Shown: positions 37,911 through 45,032 of the stretch, piece by piece
Layout: the number at the start of each line of letters is the position of its first letter
How positions within the stretch are numbered: position 1 is the first letter of the stretch
Source of the DNA: a bacterium
GTDB lineage: Bacteria; Patescibacteriota; Minisyncoccia; Phycocordibacterales; UBA12088
Length of the DNA: 64,000 nt
Reading direction: 5' to 3'
Assembly (NCBI GenBank): GCA_003252295.1
Contig: QKEV01000015.1
Location: 24,242 to 88,241, forward strand
The notes under the pieces: generated by a model
Databases searched by the model: none
Told to the model about the DNA's origin: nothing
What the model saw: only the letters and a program-made list of their open reading frames with translations
Made by a program: the position numbers and the translations under genes

Positions 37911-38969
37911 ATGAAGAGATGGAGGGTGTTTTTTGCAGTAATCCTGTCGCTGTTTCTTACAGCAGGTATGTCGTTTGCAGGTGGGAAAGTGCAGGGACCG
38001 ACCCAGAATGGGTCGATTCACCACAACAATACTACTATTGTAGAAGGTGGTGGTGATATCACAAACACCAACACCACAGATCAGGTTGTTGATGTTGTGA
38101 ATAATGTTGCTACCCCTACCACGGTCAACACTGAGACGAATTTTGGTCTCAATAACGACGTTGAAGGCGGTGATGCGATTAGTCTTGCAGGTGGTGGTGC
38201 AGGTGGTGCAGGTGGTGCAGGTGGAACAGGTGTCGGTTATGCAATCGTGGATCAAAGTGGAAATAAGACGTACTCCGTAAATTTCCCACTTTCACCAGGT
38301 GTTGCGCAATCGATTGCACCAGACATGTACGTTCCGGATACAATTCACTGGAACTTCAGACCACCAACCTTTCAGTTTTACACTGGAGAGACCGGTAGTA
38401 ATACCACCGAGGTTGAAATTGTAGAAAAAAGTGGTGTTTTTTACAACAAGCCACCGGAAAAATGCGATTGGAAAGGAGCTGTGTTTCTTGGAAAAGTGCT
38501 TCTTGAACCTACTTTTGATACTCCCTACGAGCGGATTGCATACATCCCTGTTCCAGGGGCAGCAAAACCGTTGAGTTCAGAGATGATGAGGATGGCCGGT
38601 AAGCATAATGGTCCTGCCGAGCTTGAGATGTTTATTCTCGATATGGCACAAAAGCATTGTGCAAACATTATCCTCAACATTGGTGCAGGTACTCGTAAAG
38701 ATCTTGAGGCCTTTACAACAAGCAAGGCTCTTGGTAACGCCGGCAGTGTTGCTCATGCTGCAGAAACTGCGCTTGGTATGACCGTGACACCTGGTATGGG
38801 TAATGGACATGGTGAGACCATCACCTCATCCGAGTACTATCGTCAGTTCCGGATGTTCCAAGTTCCGGATGATTTTGACTGGAAAACGCTTCAGGTTTTT
38901 GTCATCCAGAAACCTGAAGAGGACAAGGCAGATACAGAAACGGCAGTTGACGTGAAGAAAGTCAAATAA
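37911..38969 (+). CDS. secreted hypothetical protein with a Gly-rich (GGAGGAGGAGGTG) repeat
   Basis: SD-like AACGGAGGTG before the ATG. Signal peptide (AVILSLFLTAGMSFA). Contains a 9-bp DNA repeat (GGTGGTGCA) about 3.5 times at 38191-38228. Confidence 0.55.
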   Translation: MKRWRVFFAVILSLFLTAGMSFAGGKVQGPTQNGSIHHNNTTIVEGGGDITNTNTTDQVVDVVNNVATPTTVNTETNFGLNNDVEGGDAISLAGGGAGGAGGAGGTGVGYAIVDQSGNKTYSVNFPLSPGVAQSIAPDMYVPDTIHWNFRPPTFQFYTGETGSNTTEVEIVEKSGVFYNKPPEKCDWKGAVFLGKVLLEPTFDTPYERIAYIPVPGAAKPLSSEMMRMAGKHNGPAELEMFILDMAQKHCANIILNIGAGTRKDLEAFTTSKALGNAGSVAHAAETALGMTVTPGMGNGHGETITSSEYYRQFRMFQVPDDFDWKTLQVFVIQKPEEDKADTETAVDVKKVK

Positions 38970-39000
38970 TGCCAGGTAAATAAAAACGAGAGGTCATGAA

Positions 39001-39147
39001 ATGGTAAAGAAAACGCTAACAGTACTTATACTCTTTGGAGTACTTCTTTCAGTTGCTGCTTGCGGCCGCCCTTCTGGTGAGATTCATGAAGTGCAAATGC
39101 ATATTCCCGGTAATACGCCGGTAGTACTGCAACCCGTTAATAACTAG
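39001..39147 (+). CDS. 48-aa lipoprotein (MVKKTLTVLILFGVLLSVAACGRPSGEIHEVQMHIPGNTPVVLQPVNN)
   Basis: Below the ORF cutoff. SD GAGAGG. Signal peptide plus lipobox (SVAAC). Strong terminator follows directly. Confidence 0.4.
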   Translation: MVKKTLTVLILFGVLLSVAACGRPSGEIHEVQMHIPGNTPVVLQPVNN

Positions 39148-39166
39148 CACGCATTCTGTTCAGGTG

Positions 39167-39200
39167 CCCCCGATCACGTAGTGGTCGGGGGTTGTTTTTA
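39167..39200 (+). terminator. rho-independent terminator
   Basis: CCCCCGATCACGTAGTGGTCGGGGG hairpin followed by TTGTTTTTA. Confidence 0.8.
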
Positions 39201-39213
39201 ATTAAAATACAAA

Positions 39214-39269
39214 AGAGGTCTAAGATGTCGTAACATCCTAGACCTCTTATTTGGCATTTAAAGCCAAAT
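39214..39269 (-). terminator. tandem hairpins downstream of the minus-strand gene ending at 39298
   Basis: AGAGGTCTA…TAGACCTCT (9-bp arms) and ATTTGGC-ATTTAAA-GCCAAAT (7-bp arms). Confidence 0.5.
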
Positions 39270-39297
39270 TGTGATGCCGGCATTCCAGCGCAATAGA

Positions 39298-39720
39298 TCA
39301 GAAAAAAGAATTAAAGCTTGCCTGTGACGTGGCGATTGCGTTGCCGGTGACAGCAACACTCGTTCCAAGTAAAAACGTTCCACCATCAAAGTCTGCCTGC
39401 ATTGCAGTAGCCGCTTGGGCTGGACCATTTGCCTGTGAAAACGTAAGTGCGTCTATGTAGGCAAGTCCTGCCTTGATGTCGGTAACAGCAAGGGCATTTA
39501 ACGCTGTAGCTGTGCCACCAAGCGAAATACCTCTTGATTCCAGGTCTGCGATGGTGATGGTGTGATCCGTTACAATAGAGCCAAATACGCCAATCTCAAC
39601 TCCGCCTCTGTCAGCAGATATGGAAGTTGTAATAGTACCCACATCTGATGCGAAAGCAGCGACTGCCATGACAGTTGTCATCAGAATCGATGTAAGCAAA
39701 ATATTGATCGTTTTCTTCAT
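39298..39720 (-). CDS. secreted Ala/Gly/Thr-rich small protein, hypothetical
   Basis: Start taken at MKKTINILL (39720) with an AGGAGG SD. Signal peptide. Low-complexity A/G/T-rich mature region. Confidence 0.5.
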   Translation of the reverse strand: MKKTINILLTSILMTTVMAVAAFASDVGTITTSISADRGGVEIGVFGSIVTDHTITIADLESRGISLGGTATALNALAVTDIKAGLAYIDALTFSQANGPAQAATAMQADFDGGTFLLGTSVAVTGNAIATSQASFNSFF

Positions 39721-39996
39721 TTCAAACCTCCTGTGAGAGATGAATTGTGCCACAGCGGCAAGTTGAAGAGGTGCAACTACTTGTTGCACAACCCCTTCCC
39801 AAACGAAAATTCTAAAAAACAAAAACTGTTTGAAATCTACTAAATTTTTTATATTGGTCAATATTGCAATTAATAATTGTTATGTTCTTGTGTTTTCTTG
39901 TATGTATGTACTAAATAAGCCATTTCTCCCAAGTTGTTTTTTAAAAACTTATTGTATTGAAATGTGGACAATAGGTTTGCTGGTTAGTCTAGAAAA

Positions 39997-40020
39997 CCCT
40001 CAGCCAAAAGCGGCTGAGGG
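39997..40020 (-). terminator. terminator for the minus gene 40039-40482
   Basis: CCCTCAGCC-AAAAG-CGGCTGAGGG hairpin with a T-run on the minus strand. Confidence 0.7.
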
Positions 40021-40038
40021 TGTGCTACAGGTTAAGGA

Positions 40039-40482
40039 TTAGTGGAACACTGCATTGACCCATCCGCTAGAGAATGCGGTACCAGAGCCGACAGTATAAG
40101 TACGAGTAATGATGTTGGTAGTAGTGTAAGTGTTTGGTGTGTGGATAAACATGCTGTTTTTACCAAAAGCACTTGCCGCACCAAAACCAGGGTTCACATG
40201 AGTGAAAGCACTGCTTTTTGCTGCGATCATCATGGTGCCGTACCATTCTCCAAAGTATTGCCTGTTGTTGAGCAAACTTTGACCGTTGAGTGCTGACCCA
40301 CAAGATTCCATAAAACCAATAGCGCTCATGTTCGAGGCGCTCAAGCCGGCAACTGACTTAGCGTTTGCAAAGCCAATTCCCCCAATGTTGAGTTCCTGTG
40401 TTGCGGAACCTAATACACCGGCTTGAGCTGATGCAGCCAAGGCGAAAGTCACTCCAATTGCAAACATAAAAGCTTTTTTCAT
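40039..40482 (-). CDS. secreted small protein, hypothetical
   Basis: Signal peptide MKKAFMFAIGVTFALAASAQA. Gly/Ala/Ser-rich. Same style as the 39298-39720 protein, so possibly paralogous. Confidence 0.5.
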   Translation of the reverse strand: MKKAFMFAIGVTFALAASAQAGVLGSATQELNIGGIGFANAKSVAGLSASNMSAIGFMESCGSALNGQSLLNNRQYFGEWYGTMMIAAKSSAFTHVNPGFGAASAFGKNSMFIHTPNTYTTTNIITRTYTVGSGTAFSSGWVNAVFH

Positions 40483-40790
40483 GTGTTTTCTCCATACATT
40501 TTTTTGAGTTAAACTACAATTTATACTTCAAGTTTCGCATGTTGGTTGCCAACCAGTATGGGCAGGTCCCCCCTTCCCTGTGTATTAACGAACAAACCAG
40601 AGGCCATACTACCCGGTATGACTCTATTATGTCAAACAAAACGTGTGTTTTTATGTTGCAGAATATGCCGTGAACATGTACAATCATCCCTAGTTTCGAA
40701 AGAAACAATACGTTCTGCGCCGTGTCCTTCGTGGCCATACATAACTTTAGTGAAGTGGGAGTAAAGAAGGAGTTGCGTAGAAACCAGCAT

Positions 40791-40863
40791 TCCGCGGTAG
40801 CTCAGCTGGTAGAGCGATCGGCTGTTAACCGATTGGTCGCAGGTTCGAGTCCTGCCCGCGGAG
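40791..40863 (+). tRNA. tRNA-Asn (anticodon GTT)
   Basis: Cloverleaf read by hand: acceptor TCCGCGG/CCGCGGA; D-arm GCTC-AGCTGGTA-GAGC; anticodon arm ATCGG-CTGTTAA-CCGAT; variable loop TGGTC; T-arm GCAGG-TTCGAGT-CCTGC; discriminator G. CCA is not encoded. Confidence 0.9.
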
Positions 40864-40867
40864 CAAC

Positions 40868-40916
40868 TAGAAAAGCACTATTCTTAGTGCTTTTCTGCGT
40901 ATAAGGGGAACGGGAA
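40868..40916 (+). repeat. copy 1 of a 49-bp direct repeat (contains terminator hairpin AAAAGCACTATTCTTAGTGCTTTT)
   Basis: TAGAAAAGCACTATTCTTAGTGCTTTTCTGCGTATAAGGGGAACGGGAA recurs at 45903-45951 with 3 mismatches. Confidence 0.85.
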
Positions 40917-40940
40917 TAGAACTTTTGTTATACTTTGCGT

Positions 40941-41489
40941 ATGAAAGCACCAAATATTGAAACAAACTCTTACCTAATAAGACCCTTTAAAACTAGCGAT
41001 GCGGAACTATGGCAGAAGTGGGATATAGACCCAGAAGTTCAGGCATTTATGCCTGAACCATTTAATGAAGTGCAAGATATTGAAGAGCAATACAAATACA
41101 TTGAAGAATGTGAAGCTGATGAAGAAGGGTGCTACTGGTCAATTGAGACTAAAAACGGAACTACTATCGGTACGGTGGCACTTACAGAGATCAATGAGTA
41201 TCACAAAATTGCCAACCTTGGTATAGTGATCGGTGATAAAAACCACTGGGGCAAGGGAGTTGCAACTGAGGTAATTACTGCCATAGTTGCACACGCATTT
41301 GAACAACTACATCTTTGCAGGATCAGTGCTGAAGTTGAAGAAGGGAACGTGGGAATGATAAAGGTTTTTAAAAAGGTTGGGTTTAAACAAGATGGACTTT
41401 TGGAATCAGCACGTCTGAAGAATACAAAACGTATCAATGTCCACCATTTTGGTTTTGTTAAACCTTCATGCAAAGTTAAATCAAAATAA
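40941..41489 (+). CDS. GNAT-family N-acetyltransferase (RimJ/RimL-like)
   Basis: …IGTVALTEINEYHKIANLGIVIGDKNHWGKGVATEVITAIVAHAFEQL… acetyl-CoA binding motifs. ATG at 40941; the ORF-track start is TTG at 40935. Confidence 0.8.
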   Translation: MKAPNIETNSYLIRPFKTSDAELWQKWDIDPEVQAFMPEPFNEVQDIEEQYKYIEECEADEEGCYWSIETKNGTTIGTVALTEINEYHKIANLGIVIGDKNHWGKGVATEVITAIVAHAFEQLHLCRISAEVEEGNVGMIKVFKKVGFKQDGLLESARLKNTKRINVHHFGFVKPSCKVKSK

Positions 41490-41590
41490 TCAGATTACTT
41501 TTCCCTCCATCGCCCGAATGAACATCAACTGATTGTACATGCCCGTCATGTACTTTCCGTCACCCAGAATGCTTATAATAGCGTCATGTT

Positions 41591-41632
41591 CGCGGAGCTT
41601 GATAAAGCACGTTCAGAAATGAACGTGCTTTT
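41591..41632 (+). repeat. tRNA-3'-end-like element (CGCGGAGCTTGATAAA) plus hairpin AAAGCACGTTC-AGAAAT-GAACGTGCTTT
   Basis: Same GCGGAGC core as the tRNA-Asn 3' end, again followed by a hairpin and T-run. GCGGAGCTTGATAAA recurs at 44592-44606. Confidence 0.6.
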
Positions 41633-41646
41633 GGTATAGTTTGGGT

Positions 41647-42441
41647 ATGGAAGCGATACTTATAACAATAGGACTATTTGTCAGAACCATACAACTACTA
41701 TTACCTGGTTTCTCAAAAATTGATGTTGCAAATATCTTTATTGCAATCGTTGCTGGATTATTTCTTGCGGGCAAGGCAGGAGCAATATTAGCTTTTCCAT
41801 TTGGTTTTGCCCTAATTATTGCTTTATTTTATAAAAATAAAATTTTACCAACAATTACCGAAGGGACTTTATTTTTATACGCTGTAGTTGCAACATATAT
41901 TGCTGTCAGGGACATTGAGTCATTTTCAGCACTATCTAGCACTTATTTAATATTGCTTTTGTTTCTTTCACTTTACGTACTTGTGGGTTTTTACCTTTGT
42001 GTAACAAAAACGAAAGTGCCATCCTTTTTGCAAATCATTTTAATGGTATTTTTTCTTTCAAATGCAATTTATATCGCGTACCAAAGTAGTCTAGTGTTTC
42101 TCATTACTGATAGTTCACCTTTAACACATTTATTGATTGGATATTTTGGTCTCTATTTTATAAGTCACATTTTGTATATCCTCGCCTTAATCCCACTTCC
42201 TGGGAAACATCAATCTTTTAAAGATAGGATGAAAGAGGTGAGAAAACACGCTCAATTCCTAGAAAAGAAATATTCGGATAAAGATATCAATATTAAAAAT
42301 ACTCTAGGTCTTGTTGCTGTAATTATATTGGCCTTCTCCTATAATTATTTCTACAATGATTGGATTACTAGTGTTGTATTACTCCTTATTATAGGTGGCT
42401 ACTTAGCCGCACCAAATAATTTTAAGTTATTAAGCAAATAA
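41647..42441 (+). CDS. polytopic membrane protein, hypothetical
   Basis: About 7 predicted TM helices. No confident family match. Confidence 0.5.
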   Translation: MEAILITIGLFVRTIQLLLPGFSKIDVANIFIAIVAGLFLAGKAGAILAFPFGFALIIALFYKNKILPTITEGTLFLYAVVATYIAVRDIESFSALSSTYLILLLFLSLYVLVGFYLCVTKTKVPSFLQIILMVFFLSNAIYIAYQSSLVFLITDSSPLTHLLIGYFGLYFISHILYILALIPLPGKHQSFKDRMKEVRKHAQFLEKKYSDKDINIKNTLGLVAVIILAFSYNYFYNDWITSVVLLLIIGGYLAAPNNFKLLSK

Positions 42442-42477
42442 TTTATTTTACTCAATTCAACCTCTATCTTTTTCCAA

Positions 42478-42549
42478 TTCAGAGTTCTGAACTTGTCCAG
42501 CACGGGAGCAATAAGAAAAAACAGTATCGTCTTGATACTGTTTTTTCTT
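42478..42549 (+). repeat. island repeat unit R1 (TTCAGAGTTCTGAACTTGTCCAGCACGGGAGCAAT) plus perfect 16-bp-arm hairpin
   Basis: AGTTCtGAACT palindrome followed by a degenerate tRNA 3' end (CGGGAGCAA), then AAGAAAAAACAGTATC-GTCTT-GATACTGTTTTTTCTT. Homologous units occur at 43297-43332 and 49373-49404. Confidence 0.75.
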
Positions 42550-42680
42550 ATCTCGCTATCATGGTCACGGACTCGAACCTATGGACCACATTTTCAAGGA
42601 GTGGAGCGACCATGAAAATGTAGGATCTCGACCATAGGGAGAGGCGAGTCCTGCTTGTGCGTCGAAACGAAGTGAAGGAG

Positions 42681-42723
42681 TGCCCGCGGAGCAATTGACA
42701 ATACCACTATCTAGTGGTATTGT
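42681..42723 (+). promoter_or_regulatory. tRNA-3'-end copy (TGCCCGCGGAGCAA) fused to a sigma70-like promoter TTGACA-N17-TATTGT with an embedded operator palindrome
   Basis: -35 TTGACA at 42695-42700, -10 TATTGT at 42718-42723, 17-nt spacer. Perfect IR AATACCACT-ATCT-AGTGGTATT at 42700-42721. The AAGGAGG SD and ATG at 42756 follow. Confidence 0.7.
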
Positions 42724-42755
42724 TTGTTTAGTTAGCCTTTTGAAAAGGAGGAAGG

Positions 42756-43172
42756 ATGGAAACAATATATGCGATACTAAAAACATTAAAAAGTTTTGGG
42801 TCAGCAAAAGATGTTCCTTTTAGAAAAAGGTCACCTCAGGAAATCATCAGCTCGGGAGTATTTAGTGGATGTTCTGATGTAGCACTTGCTTTTGCGTATC
42901 TGTGCAAGAGTTCAGAGATAAGGGTTCATATTGTTGATACTTTTGACAAAATAATGTTCTCCAAAACCCTAGGTATGGAAGGTATAACAGGGCATGTGTA
43001 TTGTCAGGTATTTAATTCCGATGACACCTGGGTCATGGTTGACCCAACAGTAGGTGCCGTTGATGTTGATATCTGCTCGGATGGACGTGTCCCTATTGTG
43101 TCATACCTAGACAACAGTAAGCTCCTTTCATATGAAGAACTGTGTTTTATAAAAAGTACCTTTCAGGACTAG
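42756..43172 (+). CDS. transglutaminase-like (Cys-His-Asp) core mini-protein, 138 aa
   Basis: Cys in SGCSDVALAFAYLCK, His in GHVYCQVF and Asp in WVMVDPT, in the order and spacing of the transglutaminase-like cysteine peptidase core. Confidence 0.5.
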   Translation: METIYAILKTLKSFGSAKDVPFRKRSPQEIISSGVFSGCSDVALAFAYLCKSSEIRVHIVDTFDKIMFSKTLGMEGITGHVYCQVFNSDDTWVMVDPTVGAVDVDICSDGRVPIVSYLDNSKLLSYEELCFIKSTFQD

Positions 43173-43173
43173 C

Positions 43174-43215
43174 CCGCCCACAACGAAAACCGTTGGAGGG
43201 CGGTTTTCTTTTTAT
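43174..43215 (+). terminator. rho-independent terminator
   Basis: CCGCCCACAACG…CGTTGGAGGGCGG hairpin followed by TTTTCTTTTTAT. Confidence 0.7.
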
Positions 43216-43296
43216 GCAAAGGAGTTCTGAACTACTCTATTTTTAAATAACTCAAAAAACATACCTTGTTTCAATTCACGTTGTATTCTCTTCCAG

Positions 43297-43360
43297 TTCA
43301 CAGTTCTGAACTTGTCCAGTACGGGGAGCAATTGACAATACCACTATCTAGTGGTATTGT
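43297..43360 (+). promoter_or_regulatory. island repeat unit R3 plus promoter/operator module (second copy)
   Basis: TTCACAGTTCTGAACTTGTCCAGTACGGGGAGCAAT, then TTGACA (43332-43337), N17 containing AATACCACT-ATCT-AGTGGTATT, then TATTGT (43355-43360). Near-identical to 42681-42723. A further AGTTCTGAACT lies at 43213-43223. Confidence 0.75.
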
Positions 43361-43428
43361 TTTGTTTGGCTAAAGTCTGTTCCTACGGTAATTGAATCAC
43401 AAATCATTTAGCATGCTTGGAGGAATAA

Positions 43429-43938
43429 ATGAAAAGTATAGAATATACTGAAATTGCTGGTCATGATAATCTGAATAAGTTTTTAAACGACAGAAATAAA
43501 ATTATCTTAGAATGCAACGATGCGATTCGTAAAGTTGCTAACAAGTTAATTATCAAAGCGAAAGATGAAAGGATTACACTCTGCCGGTTACCTTTGAAAG
43601 CAGTGTTGTTTCGCACAAAAGAAGACCGTGAAGCTAAACGTAATAACACTTTCATCAACTATGGTGAGTATCATGTGGATGAACTTGAACTGTATTACGT
43701 GGAATTTTTTGTACACAACGAAGCAAGAGTTGCTGGCAATATAGGACTCATTATTTCTGGAAAACAGCCAGATCGAACTACAGGTGATTTTAGTTATATT
43801 TGTGGTTTCGAGGATTTTGATTACGTTGATTTGTCATGGGGAAAGAACTGGTTCTTTTTAAACAAAAATGACTATTTTACGTTTAAGGAAGTAGTCTTGA
43901 ATTTTAAAAAGGAACTACCCTCTTGCGTAGTGCAGTAA
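43429..43938 (+). CDS. hypothetical protein (169 aa), island cargo
   Basis: GGAGG SD. No recognisable family. Confidence 0.45.
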   Translation: MKSIEYTEIAGHDNLNKFLNDRNKIILECNDAIRKVANKLIIKAKDERITLCRLPLKAVLFRTKEDREAKRNNTFINYGEYHVDELELYYVEFFVHNEARVAGNIGLIISGKQPDRTTGDFSYICGFEDFDYVDLSWGKNWFFLNKNDYFTFKEVVLNFKKELPSCVVQ

Positions 43939-43952
43939 AATACGTACAAAAA

Positions 43953-43990
43953 ACCTGTCTAGTAGCCTGTCTCTGGACAGGTTACTTTTT
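43953..43990 (+). terminator. rho-independent terminator
   Basis: ACCTGTC…GACAGGT hairpin followed by TACTTTTTAT. Confidence 0.6.
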
Positions 43991-44015
43991 ATATACACGT
44001 TCGAACATCGTCCCA

Positions 44016-44056
44016 CGCTCGGAGCAATTGACAATACAGTAGTAAAATGACATTGT
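44016..44056 (+). promoter_or_regulatory. island unit R4: CGCTCGGAGCAAT plus TTGACA and a degenerate -10
   Basis: Same GGAGCAATTGACAATAC junction as R2 and R3. The downstream -10 region has diverged (CATTGT/TTGTTA). Confidence 0.5.
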
Positions 44057-44125
44057 TAATTTTGGATAATTTCTGTTTTTTACTATGTAATAAATTTAAA
44101 AAACTTTTGAAAACATGAGGTTGTT

Positions 44126-44296
44126 ATGAATCGACGAAGTGACAAGTTTTGTGCTCCACCACCAACATCTCGTTCCTATCCAGGTAAGGGTAGTTATCAG
44201 ATGGAATGTTTAAGGCGCAACGCAATAATCAAACTTCAGTTTGTTGTTGTAGCAGTTGTCATAGTAGCTATTTTGGTTACCCTGCCTTTTTTGTAA
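44126..44296 (+). CDS. 56-aa small protein with C-terminal TM helix (MNRRSDKFCAPPPTSRSYPGKGSYQMECLRRNAIIKLQFVVVAVVIVAILVTLPFL)
   Basis: Below the ORF cutoff. GAGG SD 5 nt upstream. Tail-anchored topology. Confidence 0.35.
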   Translation: MNRRSDKFCAPPPTSRSYPGKGSYQMECLRRNAIIKLQFVVVAVVIVAILVTLPFL

Positions 44297-44528
44297 GTTT
44301 TGGTCGTTTGTATGTTTGTAGACAGAAACTATTAAGCCGCTTAGGAAGATGTAATCCAAGCGGCTTTAATTTGTAAAATATAACTGAATAATGGGGTCTG
44401 ACCCCGTTTCATAAAAGGTGACTGACCCCTTTTTTCCTTGCTGTTTCTCTCTAACAAGGACCAGGAAAATTTTCTGGCCCTTTTGCGTTACAAGTGTCTT
44501 AGGGGTAAACCGCTTTGTTTAATCAATG

Positions 44529-44584
44529 AATGAACATGCCATGCCTGCCCGGCACCCTTTGTGGTGTCTCGGGGCATGTTCATT
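44529..44584. repeat. perfect 12-bp-arm inverted repeat (AATGAACATGCC…GGCATGTTCATT) with a 32-nt GC-rich loop
   Basis: Lies in the 350-nt non-coding stretch 44297-44647, which also holds hairpins at 44334-44366 and 44393-44436. The tRNA-3'-like TGCGGAGCTTGATAAA follows at 44591. Confidence 0.6.
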
Positions 44585-44647
44585 GGATGCTGCGGAGCTT
44601 GATAAAAAAACATATAAAATAAATGTTATTGGTGTATTATAGGATAT

Positions 44648-44776
44648 ATGAAATTTGAAGAAGTGCATTACCAAGAGCCGGTTCCAGAAATGGAAAGTTT
44701 TGAAAAAGTTGACGACTTTCTTGAAAATGAAGAAGGGGTCCTTGCAACTCTTCGTAAAAAAACAAAAAAGAGGTGA
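44648..44776 (+). CDS. 42-aa acidic small protein (MKFEEVHYQEPVPEMESFEKVDDFLENEEGVLATLRKKTKKR)
   Basis: Protein-like frame. Its stop TGA sits inside the GAGGTGA SD of the next ORF, consistent with translational coupling. Preferred over the overlapping K-rich frame that the ORF track starts at 44655. Confidence 0.35.
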   Translation: MKFEEVHYQEPVPEMESFEKVDDFLENEEGVLATLRKKTKKR

Positions 44777-44780
44777 TAAC

Positions 44781-44948
44781 TTGGAAGCAGTAAATGTAGA
44801 ACACAAAGAAGATTTAGTTCTTGGTTTTGTTGGACCTCTAACTGATGAATTTTCTTCACAGATGCAACCGCACAATGCAGAAAATTTTGGCTGCGTAGAC
44901 TGTATTGATTGTGTATGTGATGTAGGTCCTTGCGATTGCGACACTTAA
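44781..44948 (+). CDS. 55-aa Cys/Asp-rich peptide (…SQMQPHNAENFGCVDCIDCVCDVGPCDCDT), candidate modified-peptide precursor or metal-binding peptide
   Basis: TTG start 5 nt after the GAGGTG SD. Six Cys alternating with Asp in the last 18 residues, preceded by a leader-like region. Confidence 0.4.
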   Translation: MEAVNVEHKEDLVLGFVGPLTDEFSSQMQPHNAENFGCVDCIDCVCDVGPCDCDT

Positions 44949-45032
44949 GTCGCTTAAAAGTTAATCTCAACATACTGGCCATTTTCTTTGGCCAGTATTA
45001 TTTTATAATCAAATAAACATTTTAAAAAGATA

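Noticed and set aside
38191-38228. 9-bp tandem repeat (GGTGGTGCA) about 3.5 times as a CRISPR-like or phase-variation element
   Set aside because: In frame within a gene, encoding a Gly/Ala linker. Too short and too few units for CRISPR. Slippage potential low.
42560-42650. Possible minus-strand tRNA, suggested by GGTTCGAGTCC followed by GTGACCA
   Set aside because: Cannot fold a T-stem or acceptor stem around the motif. Only the T-loop 11-mer is shared, so it is a fragment.
42565-42807. 80-aa minus-strand ORF spanning the R1-R2 intergenic region
   Set aside because: Covers tRNA-fragment-like repeats, a promoter and the 5' end of the plus-strand transglutaminase-like gene. Composition not protein-like.
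44519-44944. 141-aa minus-strand ORF, and the plus-strand 97-aa ORF as drawn from 44655
   Set aside because: The minus ORF is antisense to the structured region and peptide genes with odd composition. The plus ORF's first 40 codons are a K-rich out-of-frame read of ORF A; only its 3' part (44781-44948) is retained.
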